A stretch of DNA of 64,000 nt from positions 498,290 to 562,289 of the forward strand of contig NMRA01000221.1 of the NCBI GenBank assembly GCA_002633005.1, given 5' to 3'. Within the stretch, counting starts at the first letter, position 1. Every line of letters starts with the position of its first letter. The notes under the pieces were generated by a model. That model was given only the letters and a program-made list of their open reading frames with translations, searched no databases and had not been told where the DNA came from. The translations under genes and the position numbers were made by a program. Shown one piece after another: positions 12,601-21,600 of this stretch. Source of the stretch: Phoronis australis (Eukaryota > Animalia > Phoronida).

Positions 12601-15600
12601 TTCTTTTACGCCACTGGAATGTTTAGCCCTGGAGAGTTTGAGAATACCGTCGTCAAGTGTGACACAGAAACGAAGCAATTGAAAACATGGAAAGTGTCGC
12701 CCACGCAGTACTACAGCGAGCCCATATTTGTGCCTTCCCCTTTGGCTGAAGAAGAAGATGACGGTACGTCGCCAGGTATCGCTGCTAGCGTGGTTACGAT
12801 GAATCTTGTTTTCATATACCTCGCAAGTTACACTCCCGCGTCACCATTCAGGTGCCTTGTTTTCCTAAACTCAGCTTATCAAAACCGACTACCCTTGACA
12901 TTGTCGGTCATTTTACCAATTGTTTTATTGGCTTAACTTTGCGTAGTCCTTCAATTTGATTTCTAACGAATAATTAGAAAATTAAATCGCGAAACTTGTT
13001 TATTGCGTTTATTGTTGCGAGATGGCATAAGTGCGAAATACAAATACAGAGTTTCCCAAATTTTGTTCACACTTCAGACACTTCGGTACATCGCCGGAAG
13101 TTCAAATCCAGGCGTGCGTTCAGTAAGGCTTGGACCTACGCTAGGACCTAGCTAAAATCTGGTCAAAGTCACGTGTTTCATTTCAAAATACACGGCAATG
13201 TCTCACGTTATCTTGCGAAATCTTGCGTTTTAGCGAGGTCCTGGCGCTACTGAGCGGGAGGCAGTTCACGTGGATCAGACTCTGCGCCATGGCCACGTTG
13301 TTGTGAGTGTAAGCGCATGGGCCGTCGCTTATTCTGTATGCGGGAAATTTTGAACAGTAACATATTTTTTGAGAAACAAAATTTATCGGGCAATGACACC
13401 GGAAACTCAAAAACGGAAGTGCTTAGACAAGACATTTTCACAAAGGTCCACCAACATTGATGCTTTTTCTTTTTGATCGCCTCTGTATGAGCTTAAACCA
13501 ATACTGTTGTTCCAATAAACAAGGCAGTTATTTTTATTCGAAATTTGAGTACATTTCTGAGACACCCTGTATTTTGAAAGTTTTTGAATGAACCGCGTCT
13601 TAAATTTGTAAGTTTAGGTAATTGTCTGGCTCTTTCTTCTTTAGTGTGCATCTTTTATTCCAGGTGTCGTGTTATGCGGCGTGAGCGATGTGTCGCCTGA
13701 TACTCCCGATTATCTTGTGGTACTCGATGGCAAGTCGTTTACTGAACTTGGTCGGGCCACTATACCTGACAAACTGCGCGTCCCTTACGGACTTCATGGG
13801 CAGTTTTTGTCGCCTTAGACACCTGCTGTGCTGCGATGACTTCACGTGGAGGTGACACGCTATATGGGTCAAACGAAGACATCTTCTATTAGCGGCGATG
13901 CTGTATTTTCAAAAGCATTGCGGTGCGGTTGTGGGCTCGTAACGATCTGACGACAACAAGTAATGTGGTCACGTGTAAAAAACACGACAGAAAACACTTC
14001 TAATTCTTTATTCACTCGAGCTCACCACAACTAAAACCAGTTGATCATGCAATGTGCTTAAGGAACCATCATACAGACATGGATCAAACAAGTGAAAGTA
14101 ACAATTTTGTATGAAAGATACTCGAAGCATGCACCGTCATCAAGTTGAAGTTAAAACTCAAGAGTTGGATCACAAATTATAAAATAGGTTGCACATCTAA
14201 GTTATAGTACTATAATTCTTCATTTCCAGTGTCACCTGGTGTCTTCCATAGGCCGAGAGCATCGAGTCGGCAAGCCAAATTTGCACTTATTGGAAGTCAG
14301 CACATTGGAAGTGTAGAATGTAGTGCCATACATATCACACTCGAATTGCACATCAAATACTAACCTGTACACGTCGCAAGTGCAATGATACTGCACAGAA
14401 ATTAAGCTTTCTGAAAGAACTTATTCCATTACTCAAACATTCGACTTTTTGCTATTCGTATGTCATTCTTCGATTTTCATTTTTTGCCTAGCGTTGTGCT
14501 CCTGAACTAAAGTCGTCACTTAGCTCATTGGCTCATTGGATCACTTCTTGTTGTCATGAGGCAAAAAACTGGGGGTAGAAGATGGCAGACGGTTTGATTC
14601 GTGGTTCTCAGAGTAAAGTAAAAAAGGCGAAATATAGCTGTTAAGAGCGTTTATGTTTCCCGAAACATGTCAAAGGAATTTCATTTGGTTAGTACCAACA
14701 CACTGAACAAGCGTTTTCCTCCCATTCTATTGGTTTTTGTCCACTTCACAAATCTATGAAAAGCCCCGCCATGGCCTTTCAGTTCTGCTTAAGAGCTGAG
14801 TATTTATTACGAGACCATAAGATGCGACTTTTTGTGTGGAGGTCTCACGATTTTTCCGTGTAGGCTATAAATTGTCGTGCCAATTGAACAAGCGTAATCG
14901 GTTCGATTTTTGCAGTGGCACATGCACCTCGGAGTGGCTCCCTGTACAGTTATCAAAATGATAAACGTACGGTGGAGCTTTGACATATTTTATACTTGTC
15001 ATGTCCAGCCGAAATGTGACTCGAGGTTTTATTTTTATACCATGTTTGAAATCCTGTCATTAATTTCGACGATGAAGAATCGGAATAATGCGCCTGAGAT
15101 ACGATAAGCGCGACAATGCTTCCATCGATTACACTTTATCTAAACTCCCCGACTACATGTACGAGCTGTCGTGAACGAGGGCGTAAGAAACGCCGGACTT
15201 TATATCGGCGACATTGTTGTCGATGAAAAATCTTAGCGTGTACGCTGGCCCTAACAAAAATTAGCCAACTTAGTGCAGACAGCACCCTTCATCACCTACA
15301 GTGTAATATACAGCTAGCACTGCCAGTGGGAAGGATGACGAAAATAAAAATGGGAACGACGGCCTCAATCGAGAAAGGCGGGCTATGGGATGGAAGGGGT
15401 TGCGATGAGAGAGACTGACGTTTTTGATGAGAGACTGACATTTTTTCGTTTTGAAATCTCAAATCGCGTTACTGAGTGTCATTGGCTGCACTTGACTCAC
15501 TCTGACGGTCAACTAGCAAAGTTATGTGACTGGTTCTTTATGACGACGTCCGCTTTACAGACCACTCAGAGGCTTTAGGAGCGAATCAAGTGCAGCCATT

Positions 15601-18600
15601 GTCGTGACGCGTGTCAATCACTAAACTTTTATTCGTTTTGTCGTCACAGTTCTTAGGTGTACGGCTCTACGGCGACACGAAAAACTAAAGTCGTAGTAAA
15701 TAGTTCGACCGTGATTTTGCAGTCGTGGCTGGTTTGCTGCAGATGCCAACTTCACGTGTTGTTGAATATTCCTTGCACGTTTTAATAGCTTACTAATAAA
15801 TCAATTATGGCGCAACTTTTACATCCCAGCCCTCTCAATTTATCGTCCGTCCTTCCTATTTTGGTTCCGTCATTCCCGTCAGAAGGTGCGTCGGCAGCTC
15901 AAGCTTCATATTACATGATAGAGTCTGAACAGTGTAAATATGGAAACTAGTTCTCATCGTAGTCCTGCTTGTAAGTGTTATCAGTTAATATATCAGTGAG
16001 AATCAGGAAATAAATGTACGTGGACATTTGTCTTGTCTGGACTGCAAATGTTTAATTTGACTTGTCCCGGTTTTAACAGAAACTTTTCGAAGAGGTGGCC
16101 CCTATATTACACAGAGGGCCCCGTCAAAACGCGACCGAAGATCGTGCTTCCTGTTTTTTAAACAGAAAGTCCCACTCGAAGACTACCGAAGAGCGGGACT
16201 TCTATATTGATAGGGCCGACGGACGAGGCCCTCTGTTTTAATATGCAGGCGACTCGCTTTTGATGTCCGAAACTAAATTTCTTGCCTTTATTATTTTAAT
16301 AAAAATAATAATTTAAAATAATAAACTGTCAATATCTCCAGTTCAGTCGAACATTGACTGGTCCACACGTGTGTGCGATGGTGGCAGTGATGTGACTGCG
16401 ACAGAACAAAGAAAACGCAGAGGTTTGTTCCTGTGGCTATGCAACCATGATTGTGCTGTCTTAGCTTTACGTTGTAGCAAAGGAAGAGTCGTGTCCCCTG
16501 AAACGTGTTCACGGTATTGATCTGGTGTTTCCAAGAAGCACCCTGTAAATCACTTCGGGTGTTTCCGTAGCCCCTTGGGTTTCCGGGTGCACGTCAGTAA
16601 GCCGTAGAATAATTGTAAATGTAGGTATGTCGCAATTACGTAACCCGAGTAACAGGAGCTAGATTCATACGTAGTGAACAAAAATGACATCATTTAATTT
16701 TTTTGGAACTCACGCTTTCCAAATAATTATTTTGACTGCGTAGCTTGAATGTTACTTTTCAATTTTCTGGGGCAAGAGCTGACATTTAACGGGAGGTTTC
16801 CACACTTTTGATTTGTCGTCATTTTTTCTAATTGATTATTTTGGTCTTTGCCCTCTACAAAGCTCCTGAATGTGGGATCATCGAATTAGTTTTTACAGTA
16901 CAGAAGAGGCACCTGTGGGACAAAAATGTGAAACTTGCATGAGTTTATGAAAAGCTTCTTCTAATTAAATTAACGATTGCAAGTCCTTTGAAAACGGAAT
17001 GTTTGCGTTAAACATATTAGTTTCATGTCTTGGCGGCTTTAGTGTACTTCCTGGTTCACCAGTTCGTCAGTAGGCTTTAGTAAACGTTTTTCTATTATGA
17101 GTAGTTCGAATGTTAAGAAGTTACACTGATATTTTGTTCTTTATTCTTGTATTTTGGCACCCCAAATGTTAGCCATTAGTATGAAATAAAAATAGGGGTC
17201 ATCGACAATGAGCTTTTTAACTCAAACAACGAAACACGTATATGAACAATTTGATAAGGCGTGTCAGTGTCAAAATTATAAATGTCCCAATGCATTTCAG
17301 TCACAAGACGGTTACATGTGTGTTATGTGAAATAGGTATAGTTGATGTGAAACAGACTGACCAAATGTCCGTTTGCTGTTGTTTGGCCATGATTCGATGG
17401 CTGTCGGATGGAGACACAAATGGAAATCGTGATAACATTAGTTGAAATCTACAGTTATCTGGATTTAACAGGACGATGAACTCGTGCATTCTGCCTAAAA
17501 CAGCTTTTGATTTAGGTTGATAAAAATAACGATGGATATAAATCGATTTGATATGTTTCGGCGTTTATTGAAACACCTTAGTTAAAAGCAAAAACATTGC
17601 CCACCTTGCTAGGCCCAGCAACAAGTAATGTTTTTTCTTCTGAGGATGATGTTTTAATAAACGCCGAAACAATACAAGCCTATTGAAATCAATCGTTATT
17701 TTCATCAATATATGCTGCTACTTAATATCATTGAGTCAGATCTTTTTATTTCTGTTACTTATTGTTCTAAAATCAGCCTCACCTGTTTCCTAACTAAAAT
17801 TTGAAAATACTTTTAGACTTCATAATAACTGACAAATCGATGTAGGGATTTTTGACCACGCCCATAACAGTTGTTTGTCACGGCGGATTATTCTATATTA
17901 CGAAGTCAGTATTGCCTTCAGGAGAACTCTAGGCGATTTATTGTAACCGATTTAAAGTCAAATAAAGGATGAGAAAGCTATGACTTCACATCGTAAGTGC
18001 AAATATTCCTGTGAAGACAGTAAATGTTTTTAACACTAAAACAACGTTTTGTCAGCTTTTACTATTGAAATTGAAGCGTATGTCTCAAGAGGCACGTTTG
18101 CACTCTGTTTTGAAGTTAGAAGTGCTTAGTAAAACTATAGCAAATGTTGATGAATTATTCTTTCTATTAAACAGGATTGAATTGAACTAAATTCCCAACG
18201 AGATTACAAATCAGTGCATCTTGTCAATTTAGTACATGTTTTATGTTACAGACGCGGCGAAATTGTAGTTAAGGACAGTAATTTCTCCAAATGGATCGTA
18301 ATTGTCAAGTCGGTAAGTGTAATCATGGTTGGACGTCAACTGTTATTAAAAGTCTAGCTGCCCTTTGTTCCAATCAGCTTCAAAGTCACAGCGTTCAATT
18401 TCAGGAAACTGATGTCTCGTACATGTGACGTCAGATTAGGGCACTCATAAGTACTGGGTGGCCTAAAAGCTTCATTTTATCTCATGAATTAGTTTGATTC
18501 TTGCATGACGTTAAAAACGTACAACGCAGCTGTTGAAATGTTTTGCAATCAGGTCCGGCTGGTCGATGCATTTCATTCGTTGGGATAACCAAAAAAGAAC

Positions 18601-21600
18601 GACCAGTTCAACGAAAGCGTAAGAAGTGGCGGACAAGGGTGTGAGCACTCCTACTCATGAACTTGGGACCGGGGCGCACTAAAGGGATAAAAATAACTGT
18701 TGAATTGCTTTGCAGTCTATGATCGGAAATGGTGGAGGCATCAAACTGTAGTTGTAATCATATACTAAGGGCCATTCTAAACAGAGGCCTACGAACTCAG
18801 TTGACAGCTTCTAATGGACGATAGCTTGACAGCTCACGTCAAGGTGAGAATAACTGAACGAACCAACGGCTGGTTCATTTGGTTGTTTCGAAACTTTCAC
18901 GCCTGCACGTGAGCCTGTTAACCCCAAGCTCAAGATGGCGCTTAATGGTTTAGCCATTTGAGGCATGGGGACGAGGCCGAGCTATCGTTATTTCGAGGCA
19001 AACAGCTGAGCTGATAGATTTCCGTATATGGTGACCCTAAGCTACTCATTAAATGTCCATTTTACCTGTACTATGTCCAGAACAAAAGCAGAGATTTAAT
19101 TAATTATCGCTACCTAGTAAATGAAATTTTATGCGTCTGGTCTACTCTGAAAAGGATATTTTCCGCTGACAATTTCGCGCGTTACTTCGTGTAATCCGCA
19201 AAAGGTCAATGCTCTGTAGAACTCATTGCATTTGTTGGCTCATAATAGATTGACTGAAATTTCACCTACTTATTTTTATTGGGAAGACAAATTCGCGATT
19301 TCCTTGGCAACCAGAGTTGTCGGATTTTTAATTTCCGTGGACAATTGACAAATGATGTATAAGTAAAGGTAAAGAACCTTGATAGTAGAACCGATGAAGA
19401 TCGTTTTCCGCTACCCTGTGTCGATGGTCTCAATCCATTGGTATTTGCGTTTCATCAATAACATAAAAATGTTCTTTTGAAAATTGCTTATAAAATTGTG
19501 ACGTTAATTTGATTTTTGTAATAGGCTGTGCGATGCAGTTACTACGCAAAGCGCCAATACACGTTGTGAACAAAGCTAATTGGTCTAGGAATCTGGTGTG
19601 AACTGCTTTGTCACATCATCTGAGATAGCCGCATACCGTATGCGAGAGAGGCTCTTGTTAAGTTACGTACTGTATTTTCGGCTTTCAGTAAGTACTCTCA
19701 CTGGCAACCCAATGAAAAGAAATATCATCGCAATTTATTTTGAAACAATAACGACTAAAACATTACGATAAAACGAACGCATGCTTTCAGCCGCGAAAAC
19801 ATTCAATTGCCTCTCACGCATGTACATGATGAGAAACGGAGAGTTGTCTCGGGGTGAAACAGTCTCCAAGGACATGGAGCCCGTAAATCTTTTCAAAACT
19901 TTGGCATTAGTTAACGTAGCAGAGACGTGAAGGTGGTCGGCCTGAATATGGGAAACTGTCAAGTTTACCTCATTTGCAGTTTTCACTCCCTTTAAAAAAA
20001 CGCAGGTTCGCATTATCAATAATGCGCCTACGCTCGTCTTAGCTGTGACAGGGCTTAAGACCTATGATGAAACGGTCACTTGGTGTAGTGTAGTTTTGAA
20101 ACAAAAATTCTAACTCTGCATTACAAATATCAAGAGAGAATGACGTTTATAATGTTGTTGTTTTCGCTTCGTTGATGGTGGGTGACATTATTTGAACGCA
20201 TGTTCCCAATGCTTGGTCTTGTCGACTTGAGCAAAACGTTAAAAACTTTCACGTGATTTTTATCAAATTTTGAGTACTGGGCGATGTTCGATTATTTCTA
20301 GGGGAGTTTGTCTGTGATGAAGAAACTGAAGAGATGCGAAGCTTTTGAATGGTTAAAGAAGACGGAGAAGAAAACGACTGTTCGAAAAACTGAAAGAATG
20401 AAACAAAAGGAAAGAAATATGCGAAATATTATGCGTCGAATTGTTCTACCAGAGATTAAGATCCGCTTAAAAACACCAAACGATTCAGAAATAGTTGAGC
20501 GAGGCAAAGACGAATATGACGACGTCGACGATGATGAGGATAATAATAATAACAATGAAGACCACTACCACAGCATGGGGTCGCTGCAGTCTGTCGAGAC
20601 GTCTGACTCACAAAGAACAGTAGTAAAGCCAAGTAGTACCAATGACGTCGAAGGTATTTTATACCTTAAGATATGTGAGAACTTTTTAGCTTTCTCGGTA
20701 AGCGTCAGTTTATAGAAACAAAAGGAATTAACTAAAATTAATTGGATAATAAACTGATGATGCCCGACTATGAATTGCAACTATCCATACCACAAAATTA
20801 AAACATGACGCGACAACGGTAAATTTGGCTTGATAGTTTCTCACAAGTTTCATTGAGGATACGGAGAACAAACTGCGAGGTGAAGCTTTAAAAAAGTTTT
20901 TTAAACGCAAATGTTGACCAGGCACTACATTACATTAGTGACACGAAACTGGTTAACAGCTTGGTATTTTAAATGACTTAGTCTTATTCATATTCAAGAA
21001 ATTTATTGTTGAGCTTTAGAAGTGAGAGCGTCTATATTAAAATAGGTGAGGTCACCCAAAGGTGGCCAAAGTGCGGGGACCTCCATATTAACATAGAGGG
21101 CCGTGCCAGAAGGCGGCCAAAAGCTGGGCCCCTTATACAAATGTAGTACGGGACGGCCTCACCTGAAGGCGGCCAAAGAGCGGAACTCTTTAATATATCA
21201 ATACGGGTGGTCCCGGTCTTGGTGATATTTGGACGGGGTGTCCTATATTAATATGAGTTCCACTTCTGAGGCACTACAAAAATGTTTTTGCTTTTGTCAT
21301 TTCAATGATAATAAGTCAATCAAAATGATAAGCTTTTCGTTTCGTTTGATAACAGAAAGTGACGACGAACAGGTGGATTTAACTGAGTTCAGACAAGAAA
21401 TAAGAACTCTGGCGAGTGATTATGACAACATCTACAGGAAAAAGGTTGGTTCAAATATGTTTGCCTAACAGAGATTCCTAAAAATGCTTTGTTCATTGCG
21501 AGGTCTTTCTTGGAGAAAGCCTCTCTCGCTCCTGCTCCGGTTTCCGGTAGCAAGTGCGTGCAGTGACGCCCTCTACTGTTGTTTTAGCACATCATGTAAG

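Noticed and set aside
15295-15920. Weak inverted similarity around a GC-richer core downstream of the oxygenase (promoter or RNA gene?)
   Set aside because: The arms are too diverged and no TSD or RNA motif was found; probably an old MITE.
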